Assembly: GCA_964507305.1 (NCBI GenBank)
Contig: CAZDPQ010000002.1
Location: 1-51,712, forward strand
Reading direction: 5' to 3'
Length of the DNA stretch: 51,712 bases
Source: an uncultured Oscillospiraceae bacterium
GTDB lineage: Bacteria; Bacillota; Clostridia; Saccharofermentanales; UBA5734
The notes beneath the pieces are model-generated. The model worked only from the letters and a program-made list of their open reading frames with translations. It had not been told where the DNA came from and made no database searches. Below, piece after piece: positions 15,418-24,144 of this stretch. Made by a program: the position numbers and the translations under genes. Numbering within the stretch: position 1 is the stretch's first letter; each line of letters starts with the position of its first letter.

Positions 15418-17925
15418 TCAATATTCAAGAATGTCGGTATCGGTGACCGGTTTTTCGGGATCTTCGGGGATCCGGAACGTCTTGATCTCGCATTTGCCGA
15501 AATCCGCGCGGAATCTCCGCCGGAGGGCCGGAAGTTCGATCTCCACATCGTCCGCGGGGCATCCGTCGGTCTCATGGCAGCGGAGGACGAAGCCGTCGCC
15601 ATCTTCAGCTCTTTTGAAAACAACTGCAGTTACCTGCTCAGATGATATGCGGATCCCTTCGAAGGATGAAGGCAAAGGTCCCCGGTGGTATGTCTCGACC
15701 ACCTGTTCGACCGGAGCGTTCAGCCCGCAGGCCTTGCGGACCGAGCGGCTCCCGCTCCATTCCCCTGTATGGGGCGATAAGACATAGGTGAATGTCTGGA
15801 TCCCCTGGTCAAGATGCTCCAGATACCGGTCATCAACATTTCCTCCGGTCGAATATGCCGGGCTGCGGGCTACGGTCATCCGCATGTCGTTGTCCTTGAC
15901 ATCGAATCCGTATTTGCAGTCGTTGAGAAGAGTCAGTCCGTACCGTCCGCCGCTCTCTGCAAGGGTCCCCGTTACGTCAAGCCACTGCTGGCCGGGTTCT
16001 TCCTGGCCGTTGACAGGCCGGCGGATAAAACCGTACGGGATCTCGTAGACGGCTTCCGGGCTGCTGACGCCGACCGGGAATGAGAGCTTGAGCATCTTGT
16101 ATTTTTCGCGCCAGTCAAGCCGCACGCGGACTTCCAGGTCCGGGCTCTCCTTATACAGCATGAACTCCTGGCGGATCTCCGACCGGTTGTACCGGCTGGT
16201 CACACGGATCCGGCTGCGCACCGGGCCGTCTTCGAGCCATTCGACCTCGGCATCCGAAAACACTCCGACCTGCTTGCGGTATTCGGAAAAGCCGCCCCAC
16301 GGCGAGCAGGGGTATTCGTCGACAGCGATCGGGACCGCCCCTTTGCCGGACAGGATGTCGACGCCGTTCCTTTTATCGAACCAGCGGCTGATATGGCCGG
16401 TATGCCGCTCGATCTCGAGGATCGCCCAATCGTTCTCGATCCTGCAGGGCGATCTGTCCGGCGGGATGCAGGGCTTATATGTCGGCATCCCCAGCGCCCT
16501 GAAAATCCAGAACACGGTATACCCCATCGCAGGGATGTCCCCGTAAAAGAGTGTTTCCCATTTGTCATAATCTTCCTGGGTGTGCGCGCCTCTCACATGC
16601 TGGATCTCGAGGATCTTCCCATCCCGGTCGGTCACTTTGCGCACGGTCTTGTTCACCTGGACAGGGATCCGCACCGACCAGGAATTCGGGTTGAACACCA
16701 CGACGGGAACCCCTTTGTTGTCCTGTTCCCAGATCCGGATGTCATCTTTCTTGTCAAGGCTTGTGACGCCCGCCACGGATGTGTCGATCGACCAGGAGAT
16801 TTTCTGCAGCGCATCGTTGAGGACTTTTGCGCCGCGGCTGAGCGATTCGCCGTACAGCTCCCGGATATCATCGTATGCGGACTCAATGCTGGTGCCGCAG
16901 TAGGCATCATGGAACTGATTGGACATGACATTTTTCCATGCTTCCGACAATTCACGCTGCCTGTCGGGATTTCCGCACAGGATGCCGGAAACGGCATGGA
17001 ACTTTTCCGCGGTCAGCAGACGGTTCTCCACACGACGGTTCAGCTTTTTGACTTCGGAGTGGGCGGAATAGCATCCGGTGGAGTGATGCTGGAAATCATC
17101 ATGATAGACCGGAAGAGCAAGGCCGTTCTCCCTGGCAGCACAGAAATACGCGTCGGGCGAACTGAAGAGGATCCGGTCTTTCCCATAAATGTCCTGATAA
17201 TGCATCAAATCGCGGATGCTCCGGATCGTCGGCCCGCCGCCGTGGTTCCCCACGCCGTAGAACACCATGAAATCCATGTCCTTTTCTTCCGCGAGCTTCA
17301 TGGTCGTGATGATTTTCTGCTTTTCGATGGAGCCTTCCGCTTCCGGGTCCAGCTCGCTGTCCCAGAAGGCATAGGAATGAGGAAGCCGGAATGTCATGAC
17401 GCGGCTGCCGTCTTCGCTTTCCCATTCGAAGAGATCGGGGATCCTTGCATTCTCACGCTTGTTCGGACGCATGAATACGTAATTCTCCATGCCGCTCTTG
17501 CGCAGGATCTGCGGCAGCATGCCGCTGTGGCCGAAGGAATCGAGATTGTATCCTGTCCTGGCCGTCACGCCGAATTTTTCTTTGAAATAGCGTTGGCTGT
17601 ACAGGCCGTGGCGCGCGTACGACTCACCGGACGCCAGATTGCAGTCCGGCTGGACCCACCAGCCGCCGACGATCACCCATCGCCCCTCCCGGACCCTTCG
17701 GCGGATCTCCTCGAACATTTCGGGGCAATTTTCTTCGACCCATTGGTAATACGAAGCGCCCGCGCAGCTGAAAATGAATTCAGGGAATTCGTTCATGCGG
17801 TCCAGGGCGGAACGGAATGTCGCCTTGATCTCGGCGTACCCTTCCTGCCAGCGCCAGAGCCAGATGTGGTCGATATGGGCGTTGCCCACCAGATAAAGTT
17901 TTCTACCCTTCTCCATGCCGATCAC
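15418..17925 (-). CDS. GH38 alpha-mannosidase (cytoplasmic)
   Basis: LVGNAHIDHIWLWRWQEG, GGWWVQPDCN and NLDSFGHS motifs. 835 aa. 4-nt overlap with the upstream FAD gene. Confidence 0.88.
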   Translation of the reverse strand: MIGMEKGRKLYLVGNAHIDHIWLWRWQEGYAEIKATFRSALDRMNEFPEFIFSCAGASYYQWVEENCPEMFEEIRRRVREGRWVIVGGWWVQPDCNLASGESYARHGLYSQRYFKEKFGVTARTGYNLDSFGHSGMLPQILRKSGMENYVFMRPNKRENARIPDLFEWESEDGSRVMTFRLPHSYAFWDSELDPEAEGSIEKQKIITTMKLAEEKDMDFMVFYGVGNHGGGPTIRSIRDLMHYQDIYGKDRILFSSPDAYFCAARENGLALPVYHDDFQHHSTGCYSAHSEVKKLNRRVENRLLTAEKFHAVSGILCGNPDRQRELSEAWKNVMSNQFHDAYCGTSIESAYDDIRELYGESLSRGAKVLNDALQKISWSIDTSVAGVTSLDKKDDIRIWEQDNKGVPVVVFNPNSWSVRIPVQVNKTVRKVTDRDGKILEIQHVRGAHTQEDYDKWETLFYGDIPAMGYTVFWIFRALGMPTYKPCIPPDRSPCRIENDWAILEIERHTGHISRWFDKRNGVDILSGKGAVPIAVDEYPCSPWGGFSEYRKQVGVFSDAEVEWLEDGPVRSRIRVTSRYNRSEIRQEFMLYKESPDLEVRVRLDWREKYKMLKLSFPVGVSSPEAVYEIPYGFIRRPVNGQEEPGQQWLDVTGTLAESGGRYGLTLLNDCKYGFDVKDNDMRMTVARSPAYSTGGNVDDRYLEHLDQGIQTFTYVLSPHTGEWSGSRSVRKACGLNAPVEQVVETYHRGPLPSSFEGIRISSEQVTAVVFKRAEDGDGFVLRCHETDGCPADDVEIELPALRRRFRADFGKCEIKTFRIPEDPEKPVTDTDILEY

Positions 17926-19364
17926 CTTCCCTGTTCTTTTTCGATCCGCGACAGGATGCTCCGCGCGGCGATCACCCCGCTCGCGCCGGCCTGCGAGAGC
18001 CCGCGCGTGATGCCGGCGCCGTCCCCGACCGCGTACATGTTCCGGATCCCGGTCTCGAGTTCGCTGCTCAGGATGAGCCGTGAGCTGTAGAATTTGACTT
18101 CAACGCCGTAAAGCAGGGTGTCATGATTGGCTGTGCCCGGCGCAAGCTTGTCAAGCGTGTAGATCATTTCGATGATATTGTCCAGATGGCGCTTGGGCAG
18201 AACGAGACTGAGATCGCCCGGGGTGGCGTCGAGCGTGGGCTTCAGGAAGCCCTGCTCGAGCCGGTGCTGGTTCGTCCTCCTGCCGTCGATGAGGTCGCCG
18301 AACCGCTGGACGATCACTCCGCCGCCCAGGAGATTTGACAGCGTGGCGATACGCTTGCCGTACTGATACGGCTCCTTGAATGGCGATGTGAATTTATTGC
18401 TGACCAGCAGCGCAAAATTCGTATTCCCGCTGCGCATTTTCGGATCGGTGTAGCTGTGGCCATTCACGGTGATGATGCCGTCCGTGTTTTCGGTGACGAC
18501 ATAGCCGTATGGATTCATGCAGAACGTCCTGACGAGATCCTTGTATTGCCTGGTGCGGTACTGGAGCTTGGCTTCGTAGACAGCGTCGGTGATGTCCTTG
18601 TAAACGGCCGCCGGCACTTCCACGCGCACCCCGATGTCCACCTGGTTGTTGACCAGATCCATTGAGAGCTTGCGGCACTGTCCGGCAAACCATTCAGCCC
18701 CCGCCCTGCCCGGTGCCACGACAAGGTATCTGCAATGATACGGCCCGTCGCTGGTCTCGAGCGTGAATCCGTCGTTTTCCCTTTCGGACACGTCGATGCT
18801 GATGACCTTGGTGTTGCAGCGAAGGTCCAGATGCTCATGGAGCCAGCCGGACTGGGCGGTCAGGATCTCCCGGTTTCTTTCGGTTCCGAGATGCTTGCAC
18901 TTCGCGTCAAGCAGATGCAGGTCATATCCGAGCGCCCTCTGGCGAATGATGTCGGCAGCCGGCGTGTAGGTCGAGAAGACCTCGTCGGTCGCACCGAACC
19001 GTCGGTTGACCGAATCCACATACTCGATCATTTCCATTACCGTGGCGTCCGGAAGATAATCGGTCAGCCATCCTCCGAATTCCGTGGTGAAATTAAACTT
19101 GCCGTCGGAAAAGGCGCCCGCGCCGCCGAAGCCACGCATGATGGCACAGGATGTACAGTTGATGCAGCTGTCGGTCTTCTTGTCAACGATCGGGCAGGAC
19201 CTTCTGGCTATGTCGCTGCCCTGTTCCAGGATCGCGGTTTTCAGTCCGCTGCGGCTGGCCAGCTCATAGCCGGCGAAAATGCCCGAAACACCGCTGCCGA
19301 TGATGATGACATCATAATCTCTGTTCTGTCCGGAGATCGGTGGAGTGCTCTGCATGGTACGCAC
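17922..19364 (-). CDS. FAD-dependent oxidoreductase, COG2509-type (uncharacterised FAD-dependent dehydrogenase)
   Basis: DVIIIGSGVSGIFAG dinucleotide-binding motif, Cys cluster CPIVDKKTDSCINCTSC, and C-terminal YAVGDGAGITRG. Confidence 0.75.
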   Translation of the reverse strand: MRTMQSTPPISGQNRDYDVIIIGSGVSGIFAGYELASRSGLKTAILEQGSDIARRSCPIVDKKTDSCINCTSCAIMRGFGGAGAFSDGKFNFTTEFGGWLTDYLPDATVMEMIEYVDSVNRRFGATDEVFSTYTPAADIIRQRALGYDLHLLDAKCKHLGTERNREILTAQSGWLHEHLDLRCNTKVISIDVSERENDGFTLETSDGPYHCRYLVVAPGRAGAEWFAGQCRKLSMDLVNNQVDIGVRVEVPAAVYKDITDAVYEAKLQYRTRQYKDLVRTFCMNPYGYVVTENTDGIITVNGHSYTDPKMRSGNTNFALLVSNKFTSPFKEPYQYGKRIATLSNLLGGGVIVQRFGDLIDGRRTNQHRLEQGFLKPTLDATPGDLSLVLPKRHLDNIIEMIYTLDKLAPGTANHDTLLYGVEVKFYSSRLILSSELETGIRNMYAVGDGAGITRGLSQAGASGVIAARSILSRIEKEQGR

Positions 19365-19371
19365 CCCGGTC

Positions 19372-20256
19372 TCAGGAAGGAAGCGCCTGCGCTGTTTCCG
19401 AAGAAAACGCCTGCGCTGTTTCCGAAGGTACGCTCACCGCGACATATCCGAGTTCTTCCATCGTGCAGAGCCCCTTCTCCACGGCCTCTCGCTTGATGGC
19501 ATCATAAACTTCGGCATAAACGGCATAATAATAGGGGACCACGCCGAACAGGCCGATCCCGCAAGCAATGTTGCCCAGAAGGAACCAGCCGGCGAACGAG
19601 AGGTCGAGAACAAACAGATCCAGCCTGTGCCCTTTCGTCATGTCGATGCTGAGCCTCAGCGCTCTCCGCGCTCCGATGCGGGGATTGTCCGCGAGGATAA
19701 AAGGCGTCATCCTGTATGCGTAGAAACGGAAGACAGCCGGAATGTACAGCAGGAGCGACCAGAGGAAAATCCAAACCGAATAATACAGCATGGCGGCGGT
19801 CGTCGCGCCGTAGGAATGCCTTCTGAACGGGGTAAAACACAGGTTCGTCTTTATCGTGCGGTCTTCCCTGGCCCGGATATACCATCGCATGATCCCTACC
19901 TGGAGAGGCTTCATGATAAGGATCGAGATCAGGATCGTACAGATGAACATGAATAGGTAGGGGATCAGGAAAGATGCCAGCAGAGATCCGATATCCGATT
20001 GGTTGAGCACATTCAGAAAATCCTGGAATGTCTGAGGGTTGGCTTCCGTCAGGCGATCGAAAAAACCGCCGGGGACCGTCCCGCCGATGATCCCGCCGAA
20101 TGTGAATATGAATAGAAGGATCTCGTAGATCACGGAAATGGGAATGTTGACGATAAAGGAAACCAGAAACGGGATCAGCGATACGCCGAGATAGGTCCAG
20201 TAGCGCCCGCGCATCTGGGCTTTCGCCCGGTCCTTAAGCTCTGTTCTTGTCCACAT
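19372..20256 (-). CDS. DUF975-family integral membrane protein
   Basis: Start MWTRTELKDRAKAQMRGRYWTY is preceded by GGGAGG, followed by multiple TM helices. The longer track ORF (TTG at 20373) adds a junk-like R/G-rich extension across the argJ promoter. Confidence 0.7.
   Translation of the reverse strand: MWTRTELKDRAKAQMRGRYWTYLGVSLIPFLVSFIVNIPISVIYEILLFIFTFGGIIGGTVPGGFFDRLTEANPQTFQDFLNVLNQSDIGSLLASFLIPYLFMFICTILISILIMKPLQVGIMRWYIRAREDRTIKTNLCFTPFRRHSYGATTAAMLYYSVWIFLWSLLLYIPAVFRFYAYRMTPFILADNPRIGARRALRLSIDMTKGHRLDLFVLDLSFAGWFLLGNIACGIGLFGVVPYYYAVYAEVYDAIKREAVEKGLCTMEELGYVAVSVPSETAQAFSSETAQALPS
19378..19425 (-). repeat. 24-nt tandem duplication (22/24 identical) encoding SETAQAFS-SETAQALP at the C-terminus of the DUF975 protein
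   Basis: aggaagcgcctgcgctgtttccga / agaaaacgcctgcgctgtttccga, read directly from the sequence. Confidence 0.8.
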
Positions 20257-20356
20257 AGGATGTCCTCCCTGCCTGCCCTGTCCCCTGCGCACCGCTCCGC
20301 AGCATATGCGCGGACGGCGGACCACCGCCGTTACAGCAATCATTATTATGGAACAG

Positions 20357-20399
20357 TTTGAAATAAATTGCAAACGGATTTCACCCTTTTTGGTATAAT
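20357..20399 (+). promoter_or_regulatory. argJ control region: ARG-box-like site TTTGAAATAAATTGCAAA plus extended -10 TGgTATAAT
   Basis: Site 20357-20374 matches about 15/18 positions of the ArgR/AhrC box consensus as I remember it. TGGTATAAT lies at 20391-20399. Confidence 0.4.
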
Positions 20400-20428
20400 G
20401 GATTCAAATTCAGGACGGGAGCAAAATT

Positions 20429-21652
20429 ATGTCGGAAGAAATGCAGATCGTGGACGGAGCCATCAATTCGCCGAAGGGTTTTTACGCATCAGGCGTCGCC
20501 TGCGGGCTCAAGAAAACCGGGGATCTTGACCTTGCCCTGGTCGTCTCCGAAGTCCCCGCAGACGCTTGCGGTGTTTTTACGCAAAATCTGGTCAAGGGGC
20601 ATTCGCTGAAATGGTCGATGGATGTGATCGGGCGGTCAAAAGCACGTGCCGTCGTCGTCAACAGCGGAAACGCCAATGCCTGCCTCGGGGCACGCGGTGA
20701 TGCGGACGCCCGCGAGATAGCCTCGGTCCTGGCCGGACACCTGTCCTGCGGACCGGAGAATGTCCTGACCGGATCGACCGGGGTGATCGGCCGCCCGCTT
20801 CCGATGGACAAGATCCGGAGCGGCATCCTCAAGGCGGTCTCTTCCCTTGGCGCCGGCGAGGAGTCCGGGCATCTTGCCGAACTCGCGATCATGACGACCG
20901 ATACGGTCCCCAAGGAGCACTGTGTCCGTTTCCGGGCGGGCGATTCCGTTGTGACGGTCGCCGGAATGGCCAAGGGATCCGGTATGATCCATCCGAACAT
21001 GGCCACCATGATCGGCATCCTCACGACCGACTGTTCGATCGACCCCGTGCTGATGAAGGAAGCTTTGTCCGAAGTCACCGGACGCAGCTTCAACCGGGTC
21101 TGCGTCGACGGGGACACCAGTGTATGCGACATGGTCATCCTTCTTGCCAACGGTCAGGCGGGTAACATCCGGATCGAATCACGAGATTCGAAGGAATACC
21201 GCAGGTTTCTCAAGGGGCTCGAGACGGTTTGCGTTGGACTTGCCCGGGAGATCGCCGCGGACGGCGAAGGAGCGACCAAATTGCTCGAGGTCCGGGTCCT
21301 TCATGCCGGTACGCCGGAGGATGCGCTGAAGATCCTGCAGGCGGTCGCGAAATCCCCGCTGGTCAAGACCACGATGTTCGGCGAAGACGCCAACTGGGGC
21401 CGCATCCTGACAGCCGCCGGGTATTCCGGTGCGAGTTTCGACCCCGGCCGGGTAACGATCATGCTCGGCAATCTGACGGTGTGTTCCGGCGGGACAGCGG
21501 TGGATTTCGACGAAGCCAGGGCTGCGGAGATCCTGGCTGAGCATGAGATCCTCATCACCATCGATCTCAAAGATGGGACATACAGCGACACGATCTGGAC
21601 ATGCGACCTGACCTACGACTATATCAAGATCAACGGAAGCTACCGCACCTGA
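20429..21652 (+). CDS. argJ: Bifunctional glutamate N-acetyltransferase / amino-acid acetyltransferase ArgJ
   Basis: GFYASGVACGLKK, NSGNANA and the autoprocessing region HPNMATMIGILTTD. C-terminal YIKINGSYRT. 407 aa. Confidence 0.92.
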   Translation: MSEEMQIVDGAINSPKGFYASGVACGLKKTGDLDLALVVSEVPADACGVFTQNLVKGHSLKWSMDVIGRSKARAVVVNSGNANACLGARGDADAREIASVLAGHLSCGPENVLTGSTGVIGRPLPMDKIRSGILKAVSSLGAGEESGHLAELAIMTTDTVPKEHCVRFRAGDSVVTVAGMAKGSGMIHPNMATMIGILTTDCSIDPVLMKEALSEVTGRSFNRVCVDGDTSVCDMVILLANGQAGNIRIESRDSKEYRRFLKGLETVCVGLAREIAADGEGATKLLEVRVLHAGTPEDALKILQAVAKSPLVKTTMFGEDANWGRILTAAGYSGASFDPGRVTIMLGNLTVCSGGTAVDFDEARAAEILAEHEILITIDLKDGTYSDTIWTCDLTYDYIKINGSYRT

Positions 21653-21683
21653 GAAGCTGTCAAGCCGGCAGGGAGAACACGGA

Positions 21684-24086
21684 TCACAGAGTGTCGAAGG
21701 CGACCGCGCCGCCGCGCATGACCGCGGATACGCCGATCACGCCGGCAAGCGACCCCCGCAGGGTCATGTCGGTCAGCGGGTCTTCGATGTACCGGCGTAT
21801 CGTCTTGCGGAGCGGCCGCGCGCCGAACTTACTGTCGTACCCCTTTTCGGTGAGAAAATCCTTCACCTCGTCCGTCACGATGAAGCGGATCTTTTTTGCC
21901 GCCATCGATTCATAGATCTCTTTCATCATCAGGTCGCAGATCTTCCGCAGCTCTTCCCGGGTCAGTTCGCTGAAGATGATGATCTCATCGATCCGGTTGA
22001 GGAATTCCGGCCTGAAAATGTCCTTGAGGATGGACTCGACCCTGCTCTCCAGGGCATCGCGGGTGCCGGCACCGAATCCGATCGCGTTGTTCTTCAGAGA
22101 CGTGCCGGCGTTGGATGTCATGACGATGACCGTATTTTCAAAATTGACGACACGCCCGTGGCTGTCGGTCAGCCTGCCGTCGTCAAGGATCTGCAGCAGC
22201 ATGTTGAATACATCCGGGTGGGCTTTCTCGATCTCGTCGAGCAGGATCACGCTGTACGGATTGCGGCGGATCTTCTCCGTCAGCTGCCCGCCATCGTCGA
22301 AACCGACATAGCCGGGCGGCGAGCCGATCAGCTTGCTGACCGTGTGGGCCTCCATGAATTCCGACATGTCGAAACGGACCATGTTGTTCTCCGATCCGAA
22401 GAGCGCCCAGGCCAGCGCTTTGACCAATTCGGTCTTGCCGACGCCGGTCGGGCCGACGAAAATGAACGACGAAGGCTTATGCTTTCGCGCGAAGCCGGCC
22501 CGGTTCCTGCGGATCGCTCCGGCAAGCGCCCTGACGGCTGCGTCTTGTCCGATGACCCTCTCGTGCAGCCGCTCCTCGAGATTCAGCAGCTTGTCCGACT
22601 CGCTTTCGCTGACCCTCTGGACAGGGATCCCCGTCCACATCTCGACGACCCGCGCAATGTCCTCGGTCGTGATCACGACAGGCTGATAGCCGCTCTCCAG
22701 TTCATCGCAGCGCTCCTGCTCCCTGCAAAGCTTGGCCTTGATATCCGCCTGGTACTCATACAGCTTCACATCGTCCCGACGCTCTTCGAGCATGGTCTCG
22801 ATCGTCCGGCGCGAGCTTTCGAGGGACTCGATCCGGGCCTTGACATCATAGATCTCGTTACGGTTCCGGTCCTCGAGATTGGCTCTCGATCCCGCCTCAT
22901 CCAGCAGATCGATGGCCTTGTCGGGGAGATACCGATCCGTGATGTAGCGCTCGGAAAGGACGACCGCCGCTTCGATCACGCTGTCGTCATACACCACGCC
23001 GTGGTGCTCCTCATAATAGTCCTTCACGCCCTTGAGGATCTCGATCGATTCCTCCACGCTGGGCTCCTTGACGATAACCTGCTGGAACCTTCGTTCCAGG
23101 GCGGAATCCTTCTCGATGAAGCGCCGGTATTCGTCCAGCGTCGTGGATCCGAGGACCTTGATGTCACCCTTGGCAAGGGCCGGCTTGAGGATGTTGGCGG
23201 CATTCATCGCGCCCTCGGCATCCCCCGCCCCCATGATGTTGTGCAGTTCGTCGATCACGAGAACGATGTTCCCGGCCTTGCGCGCTTCATCGACGACCCC
23301 TTTCATCCGGCTCTCGAACTGCCCCCGGAACTGCGTCCCCGCGACCATCGCGGTGAGATCCAGCAGATACACCTCGAGGTTCCTGAGCTTGACCGGCACC
23401 CGACCTTCGGAGATGCGGACGGCAAGCCCTTCGGCAATCGCCGTCTTTCCGACACCGGGCTCGCCGAGCAGCACGGGGTTGTTCTTCGTTCGCCGGTTGA
23501 GGATCTGGATGACCCGTTCCAGTTCACCCTCTCTGCCGACGATCCGGTCGACCCGGCCCTCTGCAGCCTTCATGGTAAGGTTGCTTCCGAATTGCTCGAG
23601 GTATTTGCGCTTGGGATTGGCTTTCGGCGGCTCTTTCTCCGTGATGATCTTGCGCCGGGGCTCCCCCTCTTTCACCGGCAGCTCGTCCGCGGATTCCTCA
23701 CCGCCTGAAATGGCGGTCGCCGCAGGCAGGAGCGGTCCGGTGTCGGCATCCGCGCCGTCGCGCAGGGCATCCGGCTCCTCCATATCGCCCGGGCTGCCGA
23801 TATCGGAAAAAGACGCGTCGCCGTCCAGCGAACTCTCGATCAGCGATTTGAGAAAATGATCCGGCGTCTCGAAGCTTGAATTCTCCATGACGGTGTTCAG
23901 CCGTTCGGTGATCTCGTCGATATTGGATTCGTTGACCCCGGCTTTGGAAAATATATCATCCATGGCTCCGAGCCCGGACTTGTAAGCGCATTTGAGGCAC
24001 AGGCCTTCGTTGTACTTCCGGCCATTCTCAAAACGGGTAGTAAATACCACAGCCATGTTTTTTTTGCATACGGAGCATTTTGTCAT
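21684..24086 (-). CDS. ClpC/ClpA-like double-AAA+ unfoldase with an N-terminal CxxC...CxxC zinc-ribbon instead of Clp_N repeats
   Basis: Walker A GEPGVGKTA (D1) and GPTGVGKTE (D2). ClpP-docking loop AIGFG. N-terminus MTKCSVCKK...LCLKCAYK followed by an acidic linker of about 150 aa. Confidence 0.85.
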   Translation of the reverse strand: MTKCSVCKKNMAVVFTTRFENGRKYNEGLCLKCAYKSGLGAMDDIFSKAGVNESNIDEITERLNTVMENSSFETPDHFLKSLIESSLDGDASFSDIGSPGDMEEPDALRDGADADTGPLLPAATAISGGEESADELPVKEGEPRRKIITEKEPPKANPKRKYLEQFGSNLTMKAAEGRVDRIVGREGELERVIQILNRRTKNNPVLLGEPGVGKTAIAEGLAVRISEGRVPVKLRNLEVYLLDLTAMVAGTQFRGQFESRMKGVVDEARKAGNIVLVIDELHNIMGAGDAEGAMNAANILKPALAKGDIKVLGSTTLDEYRRFIEKDSALERRFQQVIVKEPSVEESIEILKGVKDYYEEHHGVVYDDSVIEAAVVLSERYITDRYLPDKAIDLLDEAGSRANLEDRNRNEIYDVKARIESLESSRRTIETMLEERRDDVKLYEYQADIKAKLCREQERCDELESGYQPVVITTEDIARVVEMWTGIPVQRVSESESDKLLNLEERLHERVIGQDAAVRALAGAIRRNRAGFARKHKPSSFIFVGPTGVGKTELVKALAWALFGSENNMVRFDMSEFMEAHTVSKLIGSPPGYVGFDDGGQLTEKIRRNPYSVILLDEIEKAHPDVFNMLLQILDDGRLTDSHGRVVNFENTVIVMTSNAGTSLKNNAIGFGAGTRDALESRVESILKDIFRPEFLNRIDEIIIFSELTREELRKICDLMMKEIYESMAAKKIRFIVTDEVKDFLTEKGYDSKFGARPLRKTIRRYIEDPLTDMTLRGSLAGVIGVSAVMRGGAVAFDTL

Positions 24087-24144
24087 CGGTTCGTGCCTTT
24101 CGCATCCTGTGCCGCGGCATCACGTCCGCGGGATCTGTATATTT

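Noticed and set aside
16393-18090. Very long antisense ORFs opposite real genes: 2237-3094-, 6456-7952+, 16393-18090+, 22158-23708+, 24301-25503+, 28388-29503+, 30934-32106+, 34847-36091+ and 48126-49340-.
   Set aside because: Each lies fully opposite a gene with clear family motifs. Their translations are R/G/D/H/V/P-rich with no motifs, which is typical of shadow ORFs in ~60% GC DNA.
12196-19364. Idea that tRNA-Lys marks the integration site of a genomic island carrying the BNR/GH38 genes.
   Set aside because: No integrase, no transposase, and I could not spot a direct repeat of the tRNA 3' end. GC content of the genes matches the rest of the window. A systematic repeat search was not possible by eye, so this rejection is soft.
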